32,000 nucleotides of DNA. It comes from an uncultured Emergencia sp. (lineage in GTDB: Bacteria; Bacillota; Clostridia; Peptostreptococcales; Anaerovoracaceae). The stretch lies in assembly GCA_965146355.1 (NCBI GenBank), contig CBCTFZ010000011.1:36859-68858 (forward strand). Direction: 5' to 3'. The notes under the pieces are model-generated. The model was given only the letters and a program-made list of their open reading frames with translations. It did not search any database and was not told where the DNA came from. The translations under genes were made by a program, and so were the position numbers. Positions 1 through 8,789 of the stretch are shown here, piece after piece (positions within the stretch are counted from its first letter, which is position 1; every line of letters begins with the position of its first letter).

Positions 1-506
1 GTCGCGGCAGTTACATCCTTTGTAATGTCCACTAGGACAGGACCCTTTCTCCCGCTGTTTGCAATCTTGAAAGCTTCTCTCAAAGCAGGTTCAAGGTCTT
101 CAATCCGATTTACAAAGAAGTTGTGCTTGGTAATCGGTAAGGTCACCCCTGTAATGCAAATTTCTTGGAATGCATCTCGTCCAATCAGGGAATCGGGAAC
201 GTTTGCCGTAATGGCAACCATAGGAATGCTGTCCATAAAAGCGGTGGCAATGCCTGTAACCAAATTGGTGGCGCCGGGACCGCTGGTGGAAAACACAACG
301 CCGGTCTTCCCTGTTGCTCTGGCGTAACCGTCTGCGGCGTGTGCAGCACCCTGTTCGTGAGCAGTAAGGACATGCTTGATCCTGTCGCTATACTTATATA
401 ATTCGTCGAAGATATTCAGCGCAGTTCCGCCCGGATATCCAAATACTGTATCGACACCGTGATCCAGCAATACTTCTGTCACTACTTGTGATCCTGTCAA
501 TTTCAT
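1..506 (-). CDS. ilvB: Acetolactate synthase large subunit, N-terminal part (the gene runs off the left edge of the window)
   Basis: My reverse-strand translation from the ATG at 504-506 gives MKLTGSQVVTEVLLDHGVDTVFGYPGGTALNIFDELYKYSDRIKHVLTAHEQGAAHAADGYARATGKTGVVFSTSGPGATNLVTGIATAFMDSIPMVAITANVP... This is the typical ThDP-enzyme N-terminal domain of biosynthetic ALS. A GGAGAG RBS lies upstream. The ORF track omits it because it is truncated by the window edge. Confidence 0.85.
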   Translation of the reverse strand, partial: MKLTGSQVVTEVLLDHGVDTVFGYPGGTALNIFDELYKYSDRIKHVLTAHEQGAAHAADGYARATGKTGVVFSTSGPGATNLVTGIATAFMDSIPMVAITANVPDSLIGRDAFQEICITGVTLPITKHNFFVNRIEDLEPALREAFKIANSGRKGPVLVDITKDVTAA

Positions 507-560
507 ACTTTCTCTCCTTATCATTAGAATAAAATGAGTGCAGTTTTCACTCACATATTT

Positions 561-588
561 ATTATAGTCTACACCAAAAAAAAGTCAA
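561..588 (-). promoter_or_regulatory. Putative sigma-A promoter for ilvB (-35 TTGACT, -10 TATAAT)
   Basis: On the minus strand, TTGACT (583-588) is followed by a 16-nt spacer and TATAAT (561-566), about 55 nt upstream of the ilvB ATG. The -35 lies inside an 8-bp-arm palindrome at 583-603. Confidence 0.45.
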
Positions 589-650
589 CACTTTTTGTTG
601 ACTGTTCACAAAAAAGTGCAACAATTATTTGGAAAAATCACAATTTCCAG

Positions 651-679
651 TTGACAACAGAGGTACATTCCTTTATATT
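651..679 (+). promoter_or_regulatory. Putative sigma-A promoter of the leu operon leader
   Basis: TTGACA (651-656), a 17-nt spacer, then TATATT (674-679), directly upstream of the T-box leader. Confidence 0.55.
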
Positions 680-689
680 ATTAAGTAGC

Positions 690-920
690 TAAAAACGCCT
701 GCCAAGACGGGAATAAGTGATAATGTTGGTTTTACAGAGAGCGGCCGTTTGCTGAAAGGCCGTAAACCTTTTATCGCGTCTCACCCCCGAGCGGCGGAAA
801 ATGAGTGGGCATATTATAAACGTATGTCAAGAAGAGTGGTACCGCGGAAATAATCGGTAGAATTGTTTTCGTCTCTTTAGCGGTTTTGCAGAAAATCGCC
901 GGAGAGACGATTTCTTTTTA
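690..920 (+). promoter_or_regulatory. T-box riboswitch leader, probably leucine-specific
   Basis: Stem I elements AGAGAG (735-740) and GCTGAAAG (751-758) are present. A candidate specifier CTC followed by A sits at 780-783. The conserved T-box sequence AGAGTGGTACCGCGG is at 832-846. A terminator hairpin (870-909) plus a T-run follows. It lies directly upstream of leuA. Confidence 0.75.
870..920 (+). terminator. Intrinsic terminator of the T-box leader (alternative to the antiterminator)
   Basis: CGTCTCT (870-876) pairs with AGAGACG (903-909), followed by ATTTCTTTTT. The 5' arm lies about 20 nt downstream of the T-box sequence (832-846), the expected position for the terminator/antiterminator alternative. 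Confidence 0.6.
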
Positions 921-976
921 TGACCTAACCGCAAAACTCTTATATCATACTTAGAATACATATCTGGAGGTATTAC

Positions 977-2686
977 ATGAAGAACTATGAAAAGTACAGA
1001 ATCGGCTACTTCGCTCCGCCGATGAAGGCGGAGGAAATGGAATGGCCAAAGAAGGACCATATCGAAAAAGCGCCTCAGTGGTGCAGCGTCGATTTACGGG
1101 ACGGCAATCAGGCGCTGGTCGTACCCATGAGCTTAGAGCAGAAGCTGGAATTTTTCAAGTATCTGGTTAAAATCGGTTTCAAGCAGATTGAAGTGGGCTT
1201 TCCTGCCGCTTCTGAAACGGAATACGAATTTCTGAGAAAGCTTATTGAAGATCATTTAATTCCTGACGACGTCACCGTACAGGTGCTGACCCAGTCCAGA
1301 CAGCACATCATCGACAAGACCTTTGAAGCCTTAAGAGGAGCCAAACAGGCTGTCGTCCATCTGTACAACTCCACATCTTTCGCCCAGAGGCAGCAGGTAT
1401 TCCGCGCTTCTGAAGAAGAGATTATCAAAATTGCAACGGACGGCGCCAAACTGATGAACGAATACGCCGCCAAATTTCCGGAGACTAAGTTCCAGTTCGA
1501 GTATTCCCCTGAAAGCTTTACCGGAACTGAGATGGAATTTGCAAAAGATATCTGCAATGCGGTTATCGACATCTGGCAGCCGACGCCAGAGAACAAGGTC
1601 ATCATCAACCTGCCCGCCACGGTACAGATGTCCATGCCTCACGTCTACGCCAACCAGATAGAATACATGAGCAAAAACCTGCATAACAGAGAAAACATCA
1701 TTCTCTCTCTTCACCCCCACAACGACAGAGGTACCGGCGTAGCTGACGCGGAGCTGGGTATCCTTGCCGGCGGTGACCGAATCGAGGGAACTTTGTTCGG
1801 AAACGGCGAACGAACCGGAAATGTGGATATCATCACCCTTGCCATGAACCTGTTTACCCACGGTGTAGACCCTCAGCTGGACTTTTCCAATATGCCGGAG
1901 GCAGTGGAAGTCTTTGAGAAATTTACCGGCATGACTGTAAACCCGAGGCAGCCTTACGGCGGCGACCTGGTATTCGCCGCTTTCTCCGGTTCCCATCAGG
2001 ACGCCATCGCAAAGGGCATGAAGTGGAGAAAAGAAACCGACCCGAGCAGATGGACTGTTCCGTACCTGCCTCTTGACCCTCACGACGTAGGAAGAGAATA
2101 CGAAGGCGACGTTATCAGAATCAACAGTCAGTCCGGCAAGGGCGGCATCGCCTACATCATCGAGCGGGACTACGGCTTCGTCATTCCGAAAGCCATGCGT
2201 GCGGAAGTGGGCTATATGATGAAGGACATCTCTGACAAGCGCCACGAAGAGCTTTCCCCGACAGAAATCTTCGACGCTTTCCAGAAAGAATACATCAACG
2301 ACTTCTCTCTGATTGACATTACCGACGCCACCTTCAGTCACTTCTCCTCCACCAAGGACGACAACGAGGTTTACGGCGTCAGAATCAGAGTCAATATCGC
2401 CGGAGAAACCTACAATCTGGAGGCCGAAGGAAACGGACGTCTGGACGCGGTCAGCAACGCCCTGCGCAAGACCCAGTACCACTTCGACTACAAGTTTATC
2501 ACTTATTCAGAGCACGCCATCAGCGCCGATTCAAACTCCAAAGCTGCCGCCTACATCTGCATCGCAGATAAGGACGATAACTTCTACTGGGGCGTCGGCA
2601 CCCACGCGGATACCATTCTGGCGGCGGTCAACGCTCTGGTCAGCGCGCTGAACAGAATGAACAAAAAAATACACTTCGTAGAATAA
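977..2686 (+). CDS. leuA: 2-isopropylmalate synthase (long form, 569 aa)
   Basis: The ORF track protein carries the DRE-TIM motif CSVDLRDGNQAL, the HPHNDRGTG metal site and a C-terminal LeuA dimerisation/regulatory domain. A GGAGG RBS lies upstream. It is first in a leuABCD-type operon. Confidence 0.95.
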   Translation: MKNYEKYRIGYFAPPMKAEEMEWPKKDHIEKAPQWCSVDLRDGNQALVVPMSLEQKLEFFKYLVKIGFKQIEVGFPAASETEYEFLRKLIEDHLIPDDVTVQVLTQSRQHIIDKTFEALRGAKQAVVHLYNSTSFAQRQQVFRASEEEIIKIATDGAKLMNEYAAKFPETKFQFEYSPESFTGTEMEFAKDICNAVIDIWQPTPENKVIINLPATVQMSMPHVYANQIEYMSKNLHNRENIILSLHPHNDRGTGVADAELGILAGGDRIEGTLFGNGERTGNVDIITLAMNLFTHGVDPQLDFSNMPEAVEVFEKFTGMTVNPRQPYGGDLVFAAFSGSHQDAIAKGMKWRKETDPSRWTVPYLPLDPHDVGREYEGDVIRINSQSGKGGIAYIIERDYGFVIPKAMRAEVGYMMKDISDKRHEELSPTEIFDAFQKEYINDFSLIDITDATFSHFSSTKDDNEVYGVRIRVNIAGETYNLEAEGNGRLDAVSNALRKTQYHFDYKFITYSEHAISADSNSKAAAYICIADKDDNFYWGVGTHADTILAAVNALVSALNRMNKKIHFVE

Positions 2687-2715
2687 TCACTTAAAACCAA
2701 GGAGGAATACCAATC

Positions 2716-3996
2716 ATGGCAATGACAATGACGCAGAAGATTCTGGCAGCCCATGCGGGACTTGATCACGTAGAGGCCGGGCAGCTTATCGAATGCAGCC
2801 TGGATGTGGTGATGGCCAACGACATCACCGGCCCCATGGCCCTTCCGATTTTCCGCCAGATGGCTGACAAGGTCTTCGATAAAGATAAGGTAGTGCTGGT
2901 TCCCGACCACTTTACCCCCAATAAGGACATCAAATCCGCTCAGAATGCCAGAGACATTCAGGACTTTTCCAGAGAGCAGGGTCTCACCCACCACATGGTC
3001 CAGGGCAAATGCGGCGTAGAGCACGCCATTCTGCCTGAAAGAGGCATCGTAACAGCCGGACAGTGTATCATCGGCGCAGACTCTCACACCTGTACCTACG
3101 GAGCCTTAGGGGCATTTGGCACCGGCGTAGGCACCACAGACATCGCGGCCGGCATGGCAACGGGCCAGGCATGGTTCAAAGTTCCTGCCGCCATAAAATT
3201 CGTCCTGAAAAACAAGCCTGCAAAGTACGTCAGCGGTAAAGACATCATCCTGCATATCATCGGAAAAATCGGTGTAGACGGCGCGCTGTACAAATCCATG
3301 GAGTTTACCGGAGACGGCGTCGCCCATCTTTCCATGGACGACCGCTTTACCATCTGCAACATGGCCATTGAGGCCGGCGCCAAAAACGGCATTTTCCCGG
3401 TAGACAATCAGACCACTTCCTACATGGAAGAAAACGCACCGGGCAAAGCCTATCAGGTTTATGAGGCTGACGAAGACGCTCAGTACGAGCAGATTATAGA
3501 AATCGACCTGTCCGCAGTTCGCCCTACGGTAGCTTTTCCGCACCTGCCGGGCAACGCACACACCATCGACGAAATCGAAGCTGGAGAAAAAATCTACGTC
3601 GACCAGGTAGTAATCGGCTCCTGCACCAACGGACGGATGAGCGACATGAGAAAGGCCGCCGCCATTTTGAAGGGCAAAACCGTACATCCGGAGGTTCGGG
3701 TCATGGTTACCCCTGCCACTCAGAAAATTTTCCTGCAGTGCATGGAAGAAGGTCTGGCACAGATTTTTGTGGAAGCCGGCTGTGCTTTTAATACCCCGAG
3801 CTGCGGCGCCTGTATGGGCGGCCACATGGGCGTCATGTGCAAAGGTGAAAAATGCGTATCCACCTCCAACAGAAACTTTGTGGGACGCATGGGCGACGTG
3901 GAATCCCTGATATATCTGGCCTCTCCTGAAGTGGCCGCTGCCAGCGCCCTGGCAGGCTATATCGCAAATCCGGAAAAGATGGGAGGAGAAGAATAA
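2716..3996 (+). CDS. leuC: 3-isopropylmalate dehydratase large subunit
   Basis: Aconitase-family protein of 426 aa with cluster-ligand motifs (GADSHT, GSCTNGR, CGACMG). It is followed by the small subunit with an ATGA-type overlap. Confidence 0.95.
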   Translation: MAMTMTQKILAAHAGLDHVEAGQLIECSLDVVMANDITGPMALPIFRQMADKVFDKDKVVLVPDHFTPNKDIKSAQNARDIQDFSREQGLTHHMVQGKCGVEHAILPERGIVTAGQCIIGADSHTCTYGALGAFGTGVGTTDIAAGMATGQAWFKVPAAIKFVLKNKPAKYVSGKDIILHIIGKIGVDGALYKSMEFTGDGVAHLSMDDRFTICNMAIEAGAKNGIFPVDNQTTSYMEENAPGKAYQVYEADEDAQYEQIIEIDLSAVRPTVAFPHLPGNAHTIDEIEAGEKIYVDQVVIGSCTNGRMSDMRKAAAILKGKTVHPEVRVMVTPATQKIFLQCMEEGLAQIFVEAGCAFNTPSCGACMGGHMGVMCKGEKCVSTSNRNFVGRMGDVESLIYLASPEVAAASALAGYIANPEKMGGEE

Positions 3997-4484
3997 TGAA
4001 CGCACAAGGCAAAGTTTTGAAATACGGCGACAACGTAGATACAGACGTCATCATCCCTGCCAGATACTTAAACTCCTTTGACGCCAAGGAGCTGGCAAGC
4101 CACGCTATGGTGGATATCGACCCTACCTTCGTGGAAAGACTGCAGCCCGGCGATATCATGGTTGCAGGAAGAAATTTCGGCTGCGGCTCTTCCAGAGAAC
4201 ACGCGCCGCTGGCCCTGAAAACCGCCGGCGTCAGCTGCGTAATCGCCAAATCCTTCGCGCGGATTTTCTACCGCAATTCCATAAACATCGGCTTCCCCAT
4301 TCTGGAATGTGAAGAAGCGGCAGAGGGCATCGATGAAGGCGACCAGGTAGAGGTGGATTACCAGACCGGCGTCATCTTCAACAGGACCAAAGGAACCCAG
4401 TACCAGGCTCAGCCCTTCCCTGCTTTCCTGCAGAAAATGATTGAGGCAAGCGGTCTTGTCAATTATGTCAACACGAAAAAATAA
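3996..4484 (+). CDS. leuD: 3-isopropylmalate dehydratase small subunit
   Basis: Aconitase swivel-domain protein of 162 aa ([13 protein letters not shown]). Its start overlaps the leuC stop. Confidence 0.95.
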   Translation: MNAQGKVLKYGDNVDTDVIIPARYLNSFDAKELASHAMVDIDPTFVERLQPGDIMVAGRNFGCGSSREHAPLALKTAGVSCVIAKSFARIFYRNSINIGFPILECEEAAEGIDEGDQVEVDYQTGVIFNRTKGTQYQAQPFPAFLQKMIEASGLVNYVNTKK

Positions 4485-4510
4485 CAGGTAATCACAAAGG
4501 AGAATTTCTC

Positions 4511-5581
4511 ATGAATTATAACATTGCGGTAGTAAAAGGCGACGGCATCGGCCCCGAGGTCATCGCTGAAGCTATCAAAGTATTGGATAAAGTCGGAGCA
4601 AAGTTCGGTCACCACTTTGCATATACTTATGTTCTGGCCGGCGGCTGCGCCATCGATGAAACCGGCAGATGTCTGCCGGAGGAAACGGTAAAAATCTGCA
4701 AAGAATCGGACGCTGTGCTTCTGGGCGCCGTAGGCGGCCTCAAGTGGGACGGCTTAGCCGGCGATGAGCGGCCTGAACGGGCGCTCTTAGGTCTCCGAAA
4801 AGAACTGGGCCTCTTTGCCAATCTGCGCCCTGCCATGGTCTTCGATGAGCTGGCCGGCGCTTCCCCTTTGAAGCCGGAAATTCTGGCCGGCGGTCTGGAC
4901 ATCGTCGTCGTCAGAGAGCTGACCGGCGGCATTTACTTCGGTGAAAAAGGCACCGTAGAAAACACTGACCTGGGCCCTTCCGCCTACGACGTGGAGCAGT
5001 ACGCCGAGGAAGAGGTCAGAAGAATTGCAAAAGTGGCCTTCGATATGGCCATGAAGAGAAACAAAAAGGTGACCAGCGTAGACAAGGCCAATGTGCTGGA
5101 AAGCTCCCGCCTGTGGAGAAGGGTCGTGGCCGAAGTCGCAAAGGACTATCCGGAGGTAGAGCTGGAAAACTTTTACGTGGACAACGCGGCCATGCAGCTG
5201 GTGAGAAATCCGAAGCAGTTTGACGTCATCGTCACCAGCAACATCTTCGGCGACATTCTGTCCGACGAAGCCAGCCAGATTACCGGTTCTATCGGTATGC
5301 TGCCGTCGGCCAGCCTGGCAGACGGAAACTTCGGTATGTATGAGCCTGTTCACGGCTCCGCCCCTGACATCGCAGGACAGAACCTGGCAAATCCTATCGC
5401 CACCATTCTGTCATCTGCCATGCTGCTGCGCTACACCCTGGGGCTGTCTGAAGAAGCAGACGCTATCGAGGCTGCAGTAAAGAAGTTCCTGGCAGAAGGA
5501 TACCGAACCCCCGATATCGCCGCAGGCGGCTCTTTCATCGGTACCGTCGAAACGGGCGACATCATCGCTGACTTCATTTAG
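4511..5581 (+). CDS. leuB: 3-isopropylmalate dehydrogenase
   Basis: Isocitrate/isopropylmalate dehydrogenase family, 356 aa ([37 protein letters not shown]). It ends at a TAG stop. Confidence 0.95.
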   Translation: MNYNIAVVKGDGIGPEVIAEAIKVLDKVGAKFGHHFAYTYVLAGGCAIDETGRCLPEETVKICKESDAVLLGAVGGLKWDGLAGDERPERALLGLRKELGLFANLRPAMVFDELAGASPLKPEILAGGLDIVVVRELTGGIYFGEKGTVENTDLGPSAYDVEQYAEEEVRRIAKVAFDMAMKRNKKVTSVDKANVLESSRLWRRVVAEVAKDYPEVELENFYVDNAAMQLVRNPKQFDVIVTSNIFGDILSDEASQITGSIGMLPSASLADGNFGMYEPVHGSAPDIAGQNLANPIATILSSAMLLRYTLGLSEEADAIEAAVKKFLAEGYRTPDIAAGGSFIGTVETGDIIADFI

Positions 5582-5618
5582 ACTTTCACTTTAACAACTT
5601 CAGAGAATATTTTTTATC

Positions 5619-5651
5619 CCCTGCGTACATCCTAAGTACGCAGGTTTTTTT
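5619..5651 (+). terminator. Rho-independent terminator of the leu operon
   Basis: CCTGCGTAC (5620-5628) pairs with GTACGCAGG (5637-5645), followed by a run of T. Confidence 0.8.
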
Positions 5652-5733
5652 ACGCGCGGGCACCTTTGAAGAAGGGCCCGACTTTACACCCGGCGCCTTA
5701 AGAATTATTAAGAAAAAAAGTGACAAAATTCTA

Positions 5734-5761
5734 TTGATTTTTACATTGTTTTTGTTATCAT
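5734..5761 (+). promoter_or_regulatory. Possible promoter of the SGNH/DUF4358/MBOAT/DHHW cassette
   Basis: TTGATT (5734-5739), a 16-nt spacer, then TATCAT (5756-5761) preceded by TG at 5753-5754 (extended -10). It lies about 36 nt upstream of the 5798 start. This is a weak call. Confidence 0.35.
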
Positions 5762-5797
5762 AATATGGGTATTGTTCAATAAGGAGGTAAAAATATT

Positions 5798-6589
5798 ATG
5801 GCAAAAAAACACAAAACTGCAAACAGCAGTAAATTTCTGATTTTTATTGTAGTCTTACTGGTTCTAGTAGGCCTATTTTTTATACATTTTATCAAAGGAA
5901 ATGAAAACGCAAACTATGCGGAGAAGAAGATACGGACCAATATCTCCACCATCGCGACCTTCGATTATTCCAAAGTAACGACCATCGAGGCACAAATAAA
6001 AAAACTGGAAGCCGCCGAAAACAGAGGTACTTTTGATGTGGACAAGACTCTGACAAAAGACCAGTACAGGAAGATTTTCTCTACCAGCGCTATTTTAGGC
6101 GATTCCATTACCGAGGGACTTGTGGATTACGGATGGCTGGGCGGAGAGCAGGTTTTCTGTAAAATCGGCGCTTCCATCATCAACGGTGAGGATTTATTCA
6201 CCTCCGCAGCAAACACCTATCCGGGCTTTGCTTTCTTTGCCTTCGGTACGAACGACATGGGAAATTACGGCGGCAACGCTGATAACTTTATTGCCAAATA
6301 TCGCACCCTCCTTGAGGATTTTAAAGCCACCAGCCCAGATACCATTATACTGATTAACGGTATTTCACCTCCTACCAAGGAGGCGATGGAGGCAAACAGC
6401 AGCCTGAAGAACTATAAGAAGTTTAACAACGCACTGAAAAAGATGTGCAAAGAAATGGATTTCACCTATATTGACAACACTTATATCATCGAAGAGCATC
6501 CTGAGTTTTATGCCGCTGACGGGATTCATGTAACGCAGGACTACTACCCTTACTGGATGAACAACATGATATTGAAGGCAGGACTTTAA
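5798..6589 (+). CDS. SGNH/GDSL-family hydrolase or acyltransferase with an N-terminal membrane anchor
   Basis: An N-terminal TM helix is followed by SGNH blocks: GDSITEG (block I), FGTND (block III) and DGIHV (block V, DxxH). Confidence 0.85.
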   Translation: MAKKHKTANSSKFLIFIVVLLVLVGLFFIHFIKGNENANYAEKKIRTNISTIATFDYSKVTTIEAQIKKLEAAENRGTFDVDKTLTKDQYRKIFSTSAILGDSITEGLVDYGWLGGEQVFCKIGASIINGEDLFTSAANTYPGFAFFAFGTNDMGNYGGNADNFIAKYRTLLEDFKATSPDTIILINGISPPTKEAMEANSSLKNYKKFNNALKKMCKEMDFTYIDNTYIIEEHPEFYAADGIHVTQDYYPYWMNNMILKAGL

Positions 6590-7050
6590 TGTTAAAGAAA
6601 ATCATTTTCACAGTCATTTTAATAGTATTTCTGGCCGGTGTATACGCAAACGGCAGTGCAAAAGACGTTCCCATGGAGGATATTGAAGAGCAGCTAATTC
6701 AAAATACCGATATAGAAAAGATGGCAAAGTGTGACAACCGCAGCCTGATGCAGTTTTTCGGGCTGGATTACGAAACCTTTGACGCTCACATCTATTACAA
6801 AGGAACTGAGGCCCTCAGCGTAGACGAAATTCTTATCGTCAAGGCTGAAGATAAATCTGATTTGGACCAGGTCAGAGACGCCGTAGAGAAGCGTATCAGT
6901 TCCCAGATTGCGACTTTTGAAGGATATGGACCGAAACAAGTGGCCCTTCTGAAGAACGCCGTCATTACCCTTAAGGGGGATTATCTGTTCTACGCAACAG
7001 GAAAAGACGCAGAAAAAATGGAGGAGGTGTTCGCAGATGCTGTTCAGTAG
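6589..7050 (+). CDS. DUF4358-like small exported protein
   Basis: 153 aa with an N-terminal hydrophobic signal or anchor. From recall, the sequence pattern (LMQFFGLDYE..., DEILIVKA..., FEGYGPKQ) matches the DUF4358 family commonly next to MBOAT genes in Clostridia. Its start overlaps the upstream stop (TAATG). Confidence 0.65.
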   Translation: MLKKIIFTVILIVFLAGVYANGSAKDVPMEDIEEQLIQNTDIEKMAKCDNRSLMQFFGLDYETFDAHIYYKGTEALSVDEILIVKAEDKSDLDQVRDAVEKRISSQIATFEGYGPKQVALLKNAVITLKGDYLFYATGKDAEKMEEVFADAVQ

Positions 7051-8431
7051 TATCATATTCCTCTTTTATTTTTTACCCATTACTCTGCTGGTCTACTTCA
7101 TTGTTCCCGGCCGTTTCAAGAATTTGATACTTTTCATCGCCAGCGTATTCTTCTACAGCTGGGGTGAACCTGTTTACGTGTTCTTGATGTTGTTCAGCGC
7201 CCTGTTTAACTATTTCATGGCCATTGATATCGGCAAAGAAAAGGTTCACGGACAGACTGGAAAGAAAACCCTGGTATTCACCGTGGTTGTGAACTTGTTT
7301 GTTCTGTGTTTTTTCAAATACTACGGTTTTCTCATGGATACCGTCAACGGGATTTTGGGCACCCAAATCTCCTATACCGCCCTGGCGCTGCCTATCGGCA
7401 TTTCTTTCTATACTTTTCAGGCCTTGTCCTATATCTTCGACGTTTACAGAGGCAATGTAAAAGTGCAGGTCAATCCTTTGAAGTTTGCCCTTTACCTGGC
7501 CCTGTTCCCCCAGCTCATCGCGGGGCCGATTGTAAAGTACAAGGATATCGCCCTGCAGCTTGACAGCAGAAAAGTCACCCTTGAGAAGTTTGGAGAAGGA
7601 ACCCAGCGTTTTATCCTGGGCCTGGGGAAAAAGGTGATTCTGGCCAACAATCTGGGCGCTCTCCACGCAGGTATACTTGCCATGGAGGGAAGCCAGGTTT
7701 CAGTTCTCACCTACTGGATTGGAATTGCCGCCTACACACTGCAGATTTATTTCGATTTCAGCGGGTACTCCGATATGGCTATCGGCCTTGGCAAGATGTT
7801 CGGCTTCGAGTTTCTTGAAAACTTCAATTATCCGTATATTTCCAGAACCATCACTGAATTTTGGCGAAGATGGCACATGTCCTTGTCTACCTGGTTCAGG
7901 GAATACGTATACATTCCACTTGGCGGCAACCGTGTTTCCGTTCCCCGTCATATTCTCAATCTGATGATTGTCTGGTCCCTGACCGGACTCTGGCACGGCG
8001 CCAGCTGGAACTTTGTCGCCTGGGGCGTATACTACGGCCTCCTGCTGATTGCTGAAAAGTATTTTCTGGGTAAATATCTGAAAAAGCTGCCTTCATGGAT
8101 TCAGCACGTTTACACTATGCTGATAGTTATGATTGGATGGGTATTTTTCAGCTGTGAAAGCCTGGGAGCTGCGCTCACGTTCCTGAAAACCATGTTCTTC
8201 GCTGGCGGCGTACCCTTTGCCAATATGCAGACCATGTATCTGCTGCGCACCAACTGGATTTTCCTCCTGCTGGGCTGTATCACAGCCACGCCGGAGCCGA
8301 TGAAACAATTCCGGATATTCTGCAAGAAATTCAGTATTCTGAGCATCGTGCTGGTATTGGGCCTGCTGATGCTGTGCACCGCATATCTGGTATTCAGCAG
8401 CTACAACCCGTTCCTGTACTTCAGGTTCTAA
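7037..8431 (+). CDS. MBOAT-family membrane-bound O-acyltransferase (AlgI/DltB-like)
   Basis: 464-aa polytopic membrane protein with the typical N-terminus MLFSSIIFLFYFLP, the FWRRWHMSLSTWFREYVYIPLGGNR motif and the conserved His in GLWHGASWNF. Confidence 0.9.
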   Translation: MLFSSIIFLFYFLPITLLVYFIVPGRFKNLILFIASVFFYSWGEPVYVFLMLFSALFNYFMAIDIGKEKVHGQTGKKTLVFTVVVNLFVLCFFKYYGFLMDTVNGILGTQISYTALALPIGISFYTFQALSYIFDVYRGNVKVQVNPLKFALYLALFPQLIAGPIVKYKDIALQLDSRKVTLEKFGEGTQRFILGLGKKVILANNLGALHAGILAMEGSQVSVLTYWIGIAAYTLQIYFDFSGYSDMAIGLGKMFGFEFLENFNYPYISRTITEFWRRWHMSLSTWFREYVYIPLGGNRVSVPRHILNLMIVWSLTGLWHGASWNFVAWGVYYGLLLIAEKYFLGKYLKKLPSWIQHVYTMLIVMIGWVFFSCESLGAALTFLKTMFFAGGVPFANMQTMYLLRTNWIFLLLGCITATPEPMKQFRIFCKKFSILSIVLVLGLLMLCTAYLVFSSYNPFLYFRF

Positions 8432-8516
8432 TGGTCAGCCCCAAGAGCGAAGCGATTGGCTTGGAATGCGTCGTATAATGGACTTGCTCCGATTCTTTGT
8501 GAGAATCGTCCTGCGA

Positions 8517-8714
8517 ATTGACAAAATTGACAAAAAATCAAAAATTTGTCAATTTGGGCAACGTTTTCAGGCGAAAATATTGCTAAAATTGACAGAATGC
8601 AAAAAGAATGTCAATTTTGTCAACATGGCACTAAAAAACAAGTGCTATGAGAGTTGGAAAATCCATTTTATTGACAAAATTGACAAATTGCTTAAAAAAT
8701 GTCCACTTTGTCAG
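8517..8714. repeat. Array of TTGACA(AAA) motifs: three copies of TTGACAAAATTGACA plus extra single copies, forming three hairpins
   Basis: ATTGACAAAATTGACAAA occurs at 8517-8534 and again, perfectly, at 8670-8687. The inverted copy TGTCAATTTTGTCAA is at 8609-8623. Additional TTGACA/TGTCAA copies are at 8547-8552 and 8589-8594, with a degenerate one at 8709-8714. Inverted-repeat pairs are 8526-8534/8545-8553, 8585-8594/8609-8618 and 8681-8687/8707-8713. Confidence 0.7.
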
Positions 8715-8789
8715 CAGTCTGTTCCAGTTCTTTTCAAGAATCGTGAGAAGTCCTTATGCTTTTGCGACTCACATGAAGGAGATAAATGC

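Noticed and set aside
1331-2482. A 383-aa minus-strand ORF opposite leuA. Similar long antisense ORFs lie at 3106-4005 (opposite leuC), 10252-11040, 14545-15393, 21672-22235, 23550-24356 and 24807-26069.
   Set aside because: Each overlaps a confidently identified gene on the other strand. All have low-complexity, motif-free translations and lack ribosome-binding sites.
8517-8714. The TTGACA repeat array as a CRISPR array.
   Set aside because: The repeat units are only 9-18 bp and occur in both orientations without regular unique spacers of 25-40 bp. There are no cas genes in the window.
8466-8789. A 108-codon N-terminal extension of the DHHW gene, as listed in the ORF track.
   Set aside because: The extension is a translation of the TTGACAAAA repeat array (IDKIDK, NVNFVN). 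Two of the three frames of that repeat are stop-free by construction. A strong GAAGGAG RBS and a typical MNKK-plus-TM start occur at 8790. The possibility is kept open only inside the repeat-array finding.
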